Assembly: GCF_902459465.1 (NCBI RefSeq)
Contig: NC_047072.1
Location: 15,438,001 to 15,502,000 of the forward strand
Reading direction: 5' to 3'
Length of the DNA stretch: 64,000 nucleotides
Source of the DNA: Asterias rubens
Lineage: Eukaryota
Below the pieces are notes generated by a model that saw only the letters and a program-made list of their open reading frames with translations, was not told where the DNA came from and ran no database searches. How positions within the stretch are numbered: position 1 is the stretch's first letter; the number at the start of each line of letters is the position of its first letter. A program made the translations under genes and the position numbers. This document shows positions 1 through 11,084 of the stretch, piece after piece.

Positions 1-978
1 TGTTTCAATGTTCATACAATCGTGTTGTTTTACATTGCAGGGTTTGCCCTGAACTTTTTGCATTGCGATTTAAAGGGTTTGCTGGGTTTATCTTTTTGTA
101 CGAAACAATTAAACACAAACGAACACAGATTGACATTAAACTTTTGTAGCAGCTGAAACTTCTACAGATAAATCCTTTTACAAACAGCTTCATTCACAGT
201 GAGTGGAGATTCATGTCATGTTCAAGATGTTGATATACTAAAAAGGTATCAAAACCATGTTTTAGGTTTTGAGTGTAGCCAGTCAGTTTTTATGAGCTTT
301 GAATCTTAAATACACCTCTTGTTATTATGTGGACACCGTTCTGTGAATGTTGAAACGGCCTTAAAGTGACCATCGTGACACTGTAAAAATAAGAAAACTT
401 CACAATACTATACAGACGAAGTGCTCTTTCTCTTATCACAAGAAACTGTGAAACCTCTCAAGGGGTGTTTGCTGAGTATTACCCCCAAGCTTTCTTATTG
501 AAGACCACTCGCCTCTTGTGAAGATATTATACAAGTGACAAGATTGTTACGACACAACTCCTCACTTTGTTTTTACAGTCATGTTGCAAAGCATTCACTC
601 TTTGTGATGGAAGTGAAGTGCTATTACTGCACGTGCGGGTAAATAAACCTCTATTTAATTTTGGAAGCGGTGTTCCCATGGTGACAATGCTATCTCTCAA
701 TCGTCTGCTGCCACTCTCGCGCTGGGATAACTCAGTTGGTCCACACGGGTCCAGTGTTAATACAAGATATAAGCGGCTGCGACACGGGAGTTCACAATCA
801 ACACGTCTCATGAGCCTCGATGAGCCTCTCTATAGCTCATAAAATACATCACACTACACCTCGGCTGAAAATTAGACGTGAGAAATCGTGACTAAAGACT
901 TAGTCCTCGTGGATATTGGATACATCTCATCCATCCTGATTTCAAAGCTTCAGCTGATCTTTGATACAAGTTGTTACA

Positions 979-1617
979 ATGGAGAAGCTGAGAGCCAAGT
1001 TATTGATGCCAACTGTGGTGGAGGATAGTAGTGCAGGACACGAAGGTAGTGACCAACCCTCATCAGAGACTGCTGTAACACCCAAACCGAAACTTGCTCA
1101 ACTTGGCCGGTCAAACAGTAAACTTGCAACATGGAATCTCCTCAAACGCAAGATAAGCTTCACGGCATCAGGTAAAGGTGTCCACATGGGGAGTCCGATG
1201 TTGGGTCGGTCTAAACGGCTCCATAGCTTAAGCTCAACATCAGAACAATCTGTACCTAAGATGGAGAACACATTCAGAATAACTCCAGACGATAAGAATA
1301 CATTTAAACCATTGTCAGTACAACAAGAGATTGCAGATGTCTTAGAAGGAGTTCTTGGTAGTATGGAGTACAACCCAATAACAAGTGGGAGGATTACTAC
1401 TCGTTTATCTGAAGCCATCAAGGTTCGAGTCAAGGCGTTGCAATTCAAGAGACACAAGCTCGTTGTACATGTTTTGGTTGGTTCTCATGATGGTCAGAGT
1501 ATGGAATTAGCAAGTCGATGTTTATGGAATCAAGACACTGATAGTTACGCCTCAGCTAGCTATCAGAATACTTCACTGTTTGCCATTGCATCTGTTTACG
1601 GTGTTTATTACGAATGA
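979..1617 (+). CDS. TCTEX1D1: Tctex1-domain dynein light chain (TCTEX1D1/DYNLT5-like), single coding exon, 212 aa
   Basis: First ATG of ORF 961..1617 is at 979. The C-terminal ~118 aa are a typical Tctex-1 domain (MENTFRITP...YNP...SEAIKVRVK...RHKLVVHV...ASRCLWNQDTDSYASASYQNTSLFAIASVYGVYYE), preceded by a low-complexity N-terminus. The symbol is family-level; the exact paralog is not resolved. Confidence 0.88.
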   Translation: MEKLRAKLLMPTVVEDSSAGHEGSDQPSSETAVTPKPKLAQLGRSNSKLATWNLLKRKISFTASGKGVHMGSPMLGRSKRLHSLSSTSEQSVPKMENTFRITPDDKNTFKPLSVQQEIADVLEGVLGSMEYNPITSGRITTRLSEAIKVRVKALQFKRHKLVVHVLVGSHDGQSMELASRCLWNQDTDSYASASYQNTSLFAIASVYGVYYE

Positions 1618-3497
1618 GCACGGGAATTAACCATAAGAATGCTATTTGCACGTAAAATACACCAGTTTTTCAAAAACTTAATTTAGTTTTAGCGTGTCCA
1701 AATGTGCCAGGTGGAATACTTGTTTCGTTTCAAAAGAAAAAAATTATTAATAGTGTTTCCCTTTGTTATAGTTGTATAAAAAAATTGATAACTTTTTCAT
1801 CATCAGTAAATAAGACAAATCGTTTAGATGCATCACTGTTCGTCGATCTTGCAACAATAATTAGATCCATAGGGAAAATTTCATTTTTGTCTCGACCTAG
1901 AGATTTTGCAGTTCTTTACAATTTGTATTCTGTATTACTTTCTAGTGCAATGTCTGAACTTATTGTATCATTATTGAACATTATGTCCTACAAATATGCA
2001 ACACGTATTAATTTATGCAGCTGTAATATTGCACCACATAATCAGTCCGTTTTACATCCAATGAGCAAATAGACTTTACTAAGTGTACTTTTAGCATGTT
2101 CATTTCTTAAATTGGATGTAGGCATAATCTTCTAAATCCTCTTATACAGCAATTAAGCTAGAGGAGACTTTAACTTCCAAGTCATTAAGTAAATCGACTA
2201 GCTTTCTTGATGGTTATTGACAAGCATACAGGGGAGTTTAAAACTGTCGAAGTACTTGTTATCTTGTTCCCATGGTAATGTAATCAAACACACATCGATC
2301 TGGGCAACTATTCAACTATTTTCGAACACATGTTTGATATCTCTAGAAAATAATATGTGATTGATATGACCGAAGTGTAAACTAGAAACTCCTTAGGGTG
2401 TCGGCTCTCAATGCATATTGTAACTAGAAATGAAGCACCATTCAATAATGGCGCCTAAAACTATTGATGTCGATTATCATACCATGATTGTTGATTCGTT
2501 TGACACCCTTCATTAAATAAAGGATTCATTTACAGCAACACCCAATCAACTTGGCTGTACCATCTGTCCAGATATAGAAGCCGACCTTTGAGTTTTAATA
2601 GTAACAAACACACCTGTTCAAATCTTTACACAATAATTTATGACTGCTTTGCATTAATTATTTATCACTTTATTATTAGTTTTAAGGTGGAATTCAGACC
2701 ACTACCGTATAATCTTTTAAAAAGTCTATACATTTTATTTTATTTTTAGATTAGTAAAATCTATAAGTACCTAAGTACCTTCAAATCCAACTAGTTTTTT
2801 TGGAAAATAAAATAAAATGAACAGAAATTTGGGGCGAGGCTTATGAAATTTCAAGAAGATAATCATATAGATTATTACAAATCATTTGACTCCTTAGGAG
2901 TTTCATTTGGAGTCTTTGGCTAGTATTGTGATAATGTTGCTTCACAGCAAAAATAAAAAACAATCCATAAACATATTTGCCCCTGTTCATTAGCTTTCAA
3001 TTAACGTAAAACAAAACAAACTTTTTAATTAACTTGTCTAGACTTAAGTTCCCCAGAACTATTATGTGCAGCAATGACATGTATTGTGTGTGTTTACGTT
3101 GGTCTAGCAAGTCAAATCAAAGCTAATTTGTGAGTATTTCAGACAGACATATTATTGTCAAAAGTTTTAACAAAACAAAACTTAGGTTTTCAGACTAACT
3201 ATAGTTTATATTAAAGTTTATGTAGCATTAAAAGCTATCTAAGTGTGCCATTAATTTAATAAATTTAATGAAATACTTTGATGTTTAAAATAATCGATAA
3301 ACCAATGAGTAGCGATTTAAAGACAGAAACTATCAATAAACAAGTAATACTGTGTTGTTAAACCATTGGCACCATTCCTGATTTCCTGATATGCCAAACA
3401 TGTAAATAGATAGTTAAAGGTTTAACAGTTATGCTTTGAATAAAGCAGCATCATGTTTTTTAGCGTAACAAATTAAAAACTAAAAACTGAACAGTGG

Positions 3498-5750
3498 TCA
3501 TCTGTTGTCTGTGTTAAGAAAATGTGTCTGGAAGTTTGCATAACAGCGGAATTCGTTGGCTAGATTTCTTGTGTGATGTGGAATGAAAGGGCATACAGTT
3601 ACACCAAGTAGATCTTGAGCTATCTCTAGCATCACAGCACCTGAAATGGTAAACAAAATTCAAGACACTAGTGAATTTTAAGTTTTCATTAACACACAGC
3701 GATGATGGAAACTGTGTCTTTTACATTTACCTAGAAGTTTTCTTTGCCTTCGAATTTAATAATAATAATAATAATTATAAGACATTTTGTAAAGTGCCTA
3801 ATGCAAAAGCCTCTAAGCGCCTTAAAGAAACAATAAAATAAACAATTAGAGAAAGATACAAGATACAAATAGGCAAATTACAAAAAAGAAGCTTTAAACA
3901 AATGAGTTTTCAACAAGGACTTCAAACATTGTAAAGTATTAGCTTGGCGAATATGCACAGGAAGACTATTCCAAAGAAACGGTGTGGCGTAAGAAAAAGA
4001 TCGGAGTCATAAGAAAGTTGTTTTAAATTACTTCAACGCTTTCAATGTTTTCAATCATTGGTTTCGGACTCATTCCTGAAAAAACTGTATCATTTCAAGC
4101 TCAAATATGTCATAGGAAAATTTCCACCATGACCAGCTTTATATCATGTAAGTAAGGTGCAAGTTTGTCAACATTTGTATTTTCAGTCTTTCCAATGTTA
4201 TGCACAGTATTTAAACAGACACTCGAAACAGAAACACAGAAAAACAGAAGGATGCATTTGTCACAGAAATATGAAGACAATTGCTTCATTCATTACCTGT
4301 GCATAAGATGATTTTTCCTTTGGTCAAGTACTTGATAGTCTGTGCTGTTTTCTTCAGACACTCCTCAGCCAGGTATGGAGGGTCAGCAATAACAACATCA
4401 AATGAATGCTGCTGGAGATTGGATAATTCTAACGGTGCATTGTAGTCATAGAAAACAAAGTCGTCTCCATAGACTGAGAATCGCTTATCAAACTCTAACA
4501 GAATCGTTGTACAAGATGGGGGCTTAACCTGCTGTAGTTTCTGATACAGTGTTGGTGAAGACACACATGCAATTCTGCATCATTAAAACAAAGATATACA
4601 AATTATTGGTAAATATTGCATGCATTATATAATGAGTTTTGATTTAAGTCATGCACAGAGGTCTCATCAGGGGTACAGACATCAATTAGGGAGGCACTTG
4701 CCCCCTTTAGTTATGCCACTGCTTCTAGATATAACAAAAGGGCATGCTGTGTCTCATCTAGTATTATCCACATTTTCCTCTTAAAACATCCAAAGGTCAT
4801 CTGTGCAAAATTAAGCTCACCAGAAAGCAGCACATTGTGTGCAATGTTTCTTTCAATTTTAAAATCAACAGTTTTTTTCTTCAAACTTTTGTTCACTTAA
4901 AGGAACACGTTGCCTTGGATCGGACGAGTTGGTCTATAAAAAGCGTTTCTAACCGTTTTTTTTATAAAATGCATATGGTTGGAAAGATGTTTTAAAAGTA
5001 GAATACAATGATCCACACAGGTTTGCCTCGATATTGCATGGTTTTCCTTTTACTGCGCGAACTACGACGGTCTGCCATTTATGGGCCATCCATTAGATGA
5101 CTGGATGGCTTGCTAGATGAGGACACTTAGGGCATGCCATTAAAACACTTTCTTGACTAAATAGAATTTTATAAACATACCTTCCACTCTCACCAGCTAC
5201 TTCGAGGGCCTCCTTAGCCAAGATGTCACTAGTAACTTCATCGTACCAAAATTGGGATAAATTCTGCATGAAATCAAATAATACTGTAAGGAAATCTTCA
5301 TTTCCATTATGCATTTTCAAGGTATGTGATGTTTAATGAATGATACAGTAAGGTCTGACCATCAGACAATGTGGTTTTCAAAACAAAATGTCAGGGAAGC
5401 TCAGGGCTCAGTTACATAAAACTGTGAAGCAAAGTTCAGAAAATGTTCTACTAATCAAAAACTAGAAGGGAAACACTATACACTACAGTTTGGCTGTTGG
5501 TAACCTGCTTCTATAAGCAAGACTTTCTGTGCTAAGCAGTTTTGTGCTTAACACTAACAGCTTCATGACAATGAGCCCAGGCCCAGATTTCATGGCAGAA
5601 GCTTTTCGTACTAACCCAGTTTTCACTGATATTACTTCCTTGTGATTCTGATTCCGATGACTGAGTCTTAGCTTGGCTGCTGTAAAACTCTTGCAGAGCA
5701 GCCATTGTTTCTGCAGAGAGCTGTGGAACCTCATCATCCGAGTCACTCAT
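3498..5750 (-). CDS. EEF1AKMT1: EEF1A lysine methyltransferase 1 (N6AMT2), 4 coding exons, 212 aa
   Basis: Exons 5750-5616, 5263-5181, 4574-4297 and 3640-3498, all GT-AG, sum to 639 nt in frame. Protein [23 protein letters not shown]...[11 protein letters not shown]...[12 protein letters not shown]...LEFDKRF...FVFYDYNAP...[10 protein letters not shown]...ILCTGAVM...[11 protein letters not shown]. An acceptor at 5758/5757 implies an upstream non-coding exon; a candidate donor lies at 9178/9177. Confidence 0.95.
3758..4005 (-). mobile_element. 5'-truncated L2-type LINE 3' end in EEF1AKMT1 intron 3
   Basis: The reverse complement closely matches 20034-20277 (the region encoding ...[13 protein letters not shown]...[10 protein letters not shown]) and ends in an (ATT)n tail. 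Confidence 0.7.
4897..5085. mobile_element. Truncated TTAA-flanked DNA-transposon-like repeat (Kolobok-like end)
   Basis: Starts TTAA|AGGAACAC, similar to the TTAA|AG end of the 18651 and 41289 elements. The right end is not seen. Confidence 0.35.
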
Positions 5751-5882
5751 TGTATTCCTGCGGACGGAGAGTAAAAAAAATGATATAGTTGATGACACTT
5801 TAGCTTTGGGCCAGTTGTATCACATTAGGACAAGCCCGGCCGGTGGTCATGTGGTGTTCACTTTGATGACTGTACTACTGAC

Positions 5883-6048
5883 ATAGACCCAGTAAACTGG
5901 GGCGCTGTATTCCTTTTTCGAAATTTTGACATTTTCTGTCATGTATTCCTTTTTCGAAATTTTGACATTTTCTGTCATGCTAGTAATAGTATGACAGAAA
6001 ATGTCAACATTTCGAAAAAGGAATACAGCGCCCCAGTTACTAGGTCTA
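5883..6048. mobile_element. Foldback MITE family B
   Basis: Long TIRs (tagacc-agtaa-ctggggcgctgtattcctttttcgaaa) with an internal duplication. A related copy is at ~22562-22682. Confidence 0.7.
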
Positions 6049-6205
6049 TAACAAACCCTAATCAGTAATCGGTGAGCTTTAATTAAGAGTGCCCAACTCC
6101 ACCTCTTATTTTTCACTTGATAAATGTGGCACGTTTCATATTTAAAGTAGGTTAGCCTGGGACTGCTTATACTTATTTTAAACAAAGGCCACAATGCATA
6201 ACTTG

Positions 6206-8751
6206 TAGTTGCGATAACGTAACCCTCCTCCCGACGGCCGCACAGGATAACGTAACCCTCCTCCCGACGGCCGCACAGGATAACGTAACCCTCCTCCCGA
6301 CGGCCGCACAGGATAACGTAACCCTCCTCCCGACGGCCGCACAGGATAACGTAACCCTCCTCCCGACGGCCGCACAGGATAACGTAACCCTCCTCCCGAC
6401 GGCCGCACAGGATAACGTAACCCTCCTCCCGACGGCCGCACAGGATAACGTAACCCTCCTCCCGACGGCCGCACAGGATAACGTAACCCTCCTCCCGACG
6501 GCCGCACAGGATAACGTAACCCTCCTCCCGACGGCCGCACAGGATAACATAACCCTCCTCCCGACGGCCGCACAGGATAACATAACCCTCCTCCCGACGG
6601 CCGCACAGGATAACGTAACCCTCCTCCCGACGGCCGCACAGGATAACGTAACCCTCCTCCCGACGGCCGCACAGGATAACGTAACCCTCCTCCCGACGGC
6701 CGCACAGGATAACGTAACCCTCCTCCCGACGGCCGCACAGGATAACGTAACCCTCCTCCCGACGGCCGCACAGGATTACGTAACCCTCCTCCCGACGGCC
6801 GCACAGGATAACGTAACCCTCCTCCCGACGGCCGCACAGGATAACATAACCCTCCTCCCGACGGCCGCACAGGATAACATAACCCTCCTCCCGACGGCCG
6901 CACAGGATAACGTAACCCTCCTCCCGACGGCCGCACAGGATAACGTAACCCTCCTCCCGACGGCCGCACAGGATAACGTAACCCTCCTCCCGACGGCCGC
7001 ACAGGATAACGTAACCCTCCTCCCGACGGCCGCACAGGATAACATAACCCTCCTCCCGACGGCCGCACAGGATAACATAACCCTCCTCCCGACGGCCGCA
7101 CAGGATAACATAACCCTCCTCCCGACGGCCGCACAGGATAACGTAACCCTCCTCCCGACGGCCGCACAGGATAACGTAACCCTCCTCCCGACGGCCGCAC
7201 AGGATAACGTAACCCTCCTCCCGACGGCCGCACAGGATAACGTAACCCTCCTCCCGACGGCCGCACAGGATAACATAACCCTCCTCCCGACGGCCGCACA
7301 GGATAACATAACCCTCCTCCCGACGGCCGCACAGGATAACATAACCCTCCTCCCGACGGCCGCACAGGATAACGTAACCCTCCTCCCGACGGCCGCACAG
7401 GATAACGTAACCCTCCTCCCGACGGCCGCACAGGATAACGTAACCCTCCTCCCGACGGCCGCACAGGATAACGTAACCCTCCTCCCGACGGCCGCACAGG
7501 ATAACATAACCCTCCTCCCGACGGCCGCACAGGATAACGTAACCCTCCTCCCGACGGCCGCACAGGATAACGTAACCCTCCTCCCGACGGCCGCACAGGA
7601 TAACGTAACCCTCCTCCCGACGGCCGCACAGGATAACATAACCCTCCTCCCGACGGCCGCACAGGATAACATAACCCTCCTCCCGACGGCCGCACAGGAT
7701 AACATAACCCTCCTCCCGACGGCCGCACAGGATAACGTAACCCTCCTCCCGACGGCCTCACAGGATAACGTAACCCTCCTCCCGACGGCCGCACAGGATA
7801 ACGTAACCCTCCTCCCGACGGCCGCACAGGATAACGTAACCCTCCTCCCGACGGCCGCACAGGATAACATAACCCTCCTCCCGACGGCCGCACAGGATAA
7901 CGTAACCCTCCTCCCGACGGCCGCACAGGATAACGTAACCCTCCTCCCGACGGCCGCACAGGATAACGTAACCCTCCTCCCGACGGCCGCACAGGATAAC
8001 ATAACCCTCCTCCCGACGGCCGCACAGGATAACGTAACCCTCCTCCCGACGGCCGCACAGGATAACGTAACCCTCCTCCCGACGGCCGCACAGGATAACA
8101 TAACCCTCCTCCCGACGGCCGCACAGGATAACGTAACCCTCCTCCCGACGGCCGCACAGGATAACATAACCCTCCTCCCGACGGCCGCACAGGATAACAT
8201 AACCCTCCTCCCGACGGCCGCACAGGATAACATAACCCTCCTCCCGACGGCCGCACAGGATAACATAACCCTCCTCCCGACGGCCGCACAGGATAACGTA
8301 ACCCTCCTCCCGACGGCCGCACAGGATAACCTAACCCTCCTCCCGACGGCCGCACAGGATAACCTTACCCTCCTCCCGACGGCCGCACAGGATAACATAA
8401 CCCTCCTCCCGACGGCCGCACAGGATAACATAACCCTCCTCCCGACGGCCGCACAGGATAACATAACCCTCCTCCCGACGGCCGCACAGGATAACATAAC
8501 CCTCCTCCCGACGGCCGCACAGGATAACGTAACCCTCCTCCCGACGGCCGCACAGGATAACATAACCCTCCTCCCGACGGCCGCACAGGATAACATAACC
8601 CTCCTCCCGACGGCCGCACAGGATAACATAACCCTCCTCCCGACGGCCGCACAGGATAACATAACCCTCCTCCCGACGGCCGCACAGGATAACATAACCC
8701 TCCTCCCGACGGCCGCACAGCTGGCGGCCGAGGGTTACGTTATTACAACTA
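6206..8751. mobile_element. Hairpin micro-MITE (TAGTTGCG...CAACTA) containing the 33-bp satellite
   Basis: Left end tagttgcgataacgtaaccctc, right end gagggttacgttattacaacta. Flanked by cataacttg (6197-6205) and cataatttg (8752-8760), an 8/9 match TSD. Confidence 0.85.
6213..8720. repeat. 33-bp tandem satellite, 76 copies
   Basis: Unit gataac(g/a)taaccctcctcccgacggccgcacag; 2508 bp = 76 x 33. It explains the PVRPSGGGLRY and LSCAAVGRRVT ORFs. Confidence 0.99.
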
Positions 8752-9177
8752 CATAATTTGTTGCATCTTACTCTGCGTTAAAGTTTACTAGAAAAGAAAG
8801 TGGTTGTAACTGCTGGTGCTGGTGTGTGTAGGACTGATTTGTGGGAATTGGTTTTGTCTGTACATTGTCTGTATCACTCATAATAGATCACATGACTCAG
8901 TTTGTATTGTATTGCTGTGTCTGATTTTACTGGTGGAGCATTCAATATTCAATTCTTCTATTCAATTCAATACACAGTGTATTACTCGTCATGCCCAGCC
9001 ATGACTCATGGTTCTTGTATGTATCAAATGGCGACAATATTACTAAATATCCAGTGCTGTTTTCGGTAAATTATACGTAAAATAAATTACTGCTTAAACT
9101 TCAAGAGATTACTACTATCATGGAGGTAGTTCCATGCTACTACTAAACTAATAAGTCTCCCAACGAAACTGTTTTAC

Positions 9178-9760
9178 CTGTGTCTGAGTCGGAGTCTCGA
9201 TCACGGAACTAACAAAACTCACGTGTGTTGTTGTGTGACAGCGCCCGCTAGAGGCTGTACTGGCAAAGGGTCAAAGTTCAGTTTAAAGGTCGGCAACATC
9301 GCTGGCCTTTTTTCCAAGTTTTATGTTGTTCATAAAAATATGTATTCATAAAGAGTATTCATTGATAAGTATAAATAAGTAGGTTTTATAATTGATTTGT
9401 TTTAAATTTAACTTTTTAAGAGATTATTAATATTTTGGGTTATATTTTGCTTTTATAATCTGTCAATACCAAATATTCTATATACATATAAAAGGAATTC
9501 ATGGTATTGACAGATTATAAAAAGCATGTTTAACCTGTAGACAAGACTAGTTCTAAAAATAAACACAACATAGAATGGTACCAACGAGTTTGCCATTTTG
9601 TACATTGCGCAAGTTGTTGTAGGCGTCCAGGTAACGGCCACTTATAAACAGACAATGCAAATCGGTAATCGATCTGGCTGGCGTGGAAACAACAAACATT
9701 GATCGAGAGAAGTACTAGCGGCCGTCGCGTGGTGGTCTAGCCGTGATATCGACGCGTAAG
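9178..9760. promoter_or_regulatory. Putative bidirectional promoter region of EEF1AKMT1 (-) and the MATCAP-like gene (+)
   Basis: Divergent donor-like sites (minus-strand CAG|GTAAAA at 9178; plus-strand GC|GTAAGT at 9756) and CpG-rich patches around 9180-9310 and 9715-9960. Both genes have an acceptor upstream of their ATG (5758 and 10958). Inference only. Confidence 0.4.
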
Positions 9761-10250
9761 TCCCCGAGGCGACTCGACCATACCCGCCTGTCCATCCCCC
9801 GACCCTCAACGTTTTCCCGTGTACTGTTGGGGTGTTATTGTCTTAACGGTTGTGTGCGTGAACATACAATTTGTGAAAACAAGCGAGATTCGACAAAAAG
9901 TAATTCGGCCCGGTTGGCAACATCGAGCAACGACCATATACAGTCCTACCGTACACAGCAGCAGGGGTTCGCAGCAGGACAGGGGGGCCAGAATAAAGCA
10001 GGAAGGGCAGACAGCAGGGGGGCAAAGCCGACGATAATCATTCACCTCAACGAGACATCCTGCTAACAGTGCAATACCAAACATCGTAATCTTTTTTTAA
10101 AGTTATGCCGTGGTAAGGATGCTTATTAAACTTTACTTAAATATTTAATCATATTCATTGCCTTGTCAATGTCAGGTTGTTTTATAGTCGGTCAGATTTC
10201 TGTTCGGTTGGTTGTGGTTTTAAAAACTCTGGTATTAATGGAATATATTG

Positions 10251-10372
10251 GGAAAAAGTTTCTGTATCATGCCACCACTTTTTCATTCGATATGAAATAG
10301 TATAACTCAATGAAAATCTCTTTTTGTAAAAATGAGTGAAAAAGTGGTGGCAGGATATGAAAAGTTATCCGA
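10251..10372. mobile_element. Foldback MITE family A
   Basis: TIR ggaaaagtttccgtatggcgccaccacttttt (degenerate in this copy). Other copies at 22707-22838 and 39174-39309. Confidence 0.75.
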
Positions 10373-10519
10373 ATAATATGGCTAATTTATTAGCTTCAAA
10401 AATACAAATTGACTTTATTTATAATATTAAGGAAATTTACACATGTTTCAACTACCAACCTTCATGGTTACTTAATTAATTGCACTTCAAATCACAAAAC
10501 AAAACTATATGCTTTCACA

Positions 10520-10582
10520 TAGTTGCGATAACGTAACCCTCCTGCCGATGCCGTCGCCAGGAGGGTTATGTTTTCGCAACTA
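10520..10582. mobile_element. 63-bp hairpin micro-MITE with perfect 9-bp TSD
   Basis: gctttcaca|tagttgcgataacgtaaccctcc...ggagggttatgttttcgcaacta|gctttcaca. Confidence 0.9.
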
Positions 10583-11084
10583 GCTTTCACAGTGCCACAC
10601 GTACCAGTTGTTGATGTTGTTGAATAACTGTTTGTTTCAGGTTCATAATATCTTTTTTTGCTGTGCTGTTTTTTTTGGGGGGGGCACAAAATGATGACCA
10701 CAAATTTTGTATCAGAATATTTTTATTCTAGTAACCTGTATCCTCCTACCCAATCAATATGAAAACAACCCCATTTTTTATTAACATGGCTACAATATAT
10801 TGGCCAGGTTTGTCTGGTCTAAGACTTTAAGAGCCTAGGAAGGGTCAATAGTTGTGGTTAATTGCAAAATGACAAATCACTCAAATATAATGACTTGATT
10901 CTTGGTTAATGATAAACATACATTTTCTGTTAATAGCTTTCTAATTTTCTCTTTGCAGATTCCTAATGTAGTTTCTACCTAATAGTGGAACATTAAAGTC
11001 ACTCAGCCAGAAGACTATGGAAACTGAGTTCAGAATTTCCAGGGAGCTGTTATTCACAGCTTGTTGGGAGTTTCAGAGTTAATC

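Noticed and set aside
6173-8718. Long ORFs of 725, 639, 136 and 117 aa (PVRPSGGGLRY / LSCAAVGRRVT repeats)
   Set aside because: Translations of a stop-free 33-bp satellite, open in two frames at once, with no unique domain.
6213-8720. Resemblance to a CRISPR array (33-bp repeats)
   Set aside because: Units are head-to-tail with no unique spacers, there are no cas genes, and the context is eukaryotic. The same applies to the 37-, 39-, 78-, 106- and 130-bp arrays.
9238-9258. CTCF-like motif cagcgcccgctagagg, with similar ones at 44101 and 49148
   Set aside because: Imperfect matches, two of them inside repeats; not supportable without a PWM scan or ChIP.
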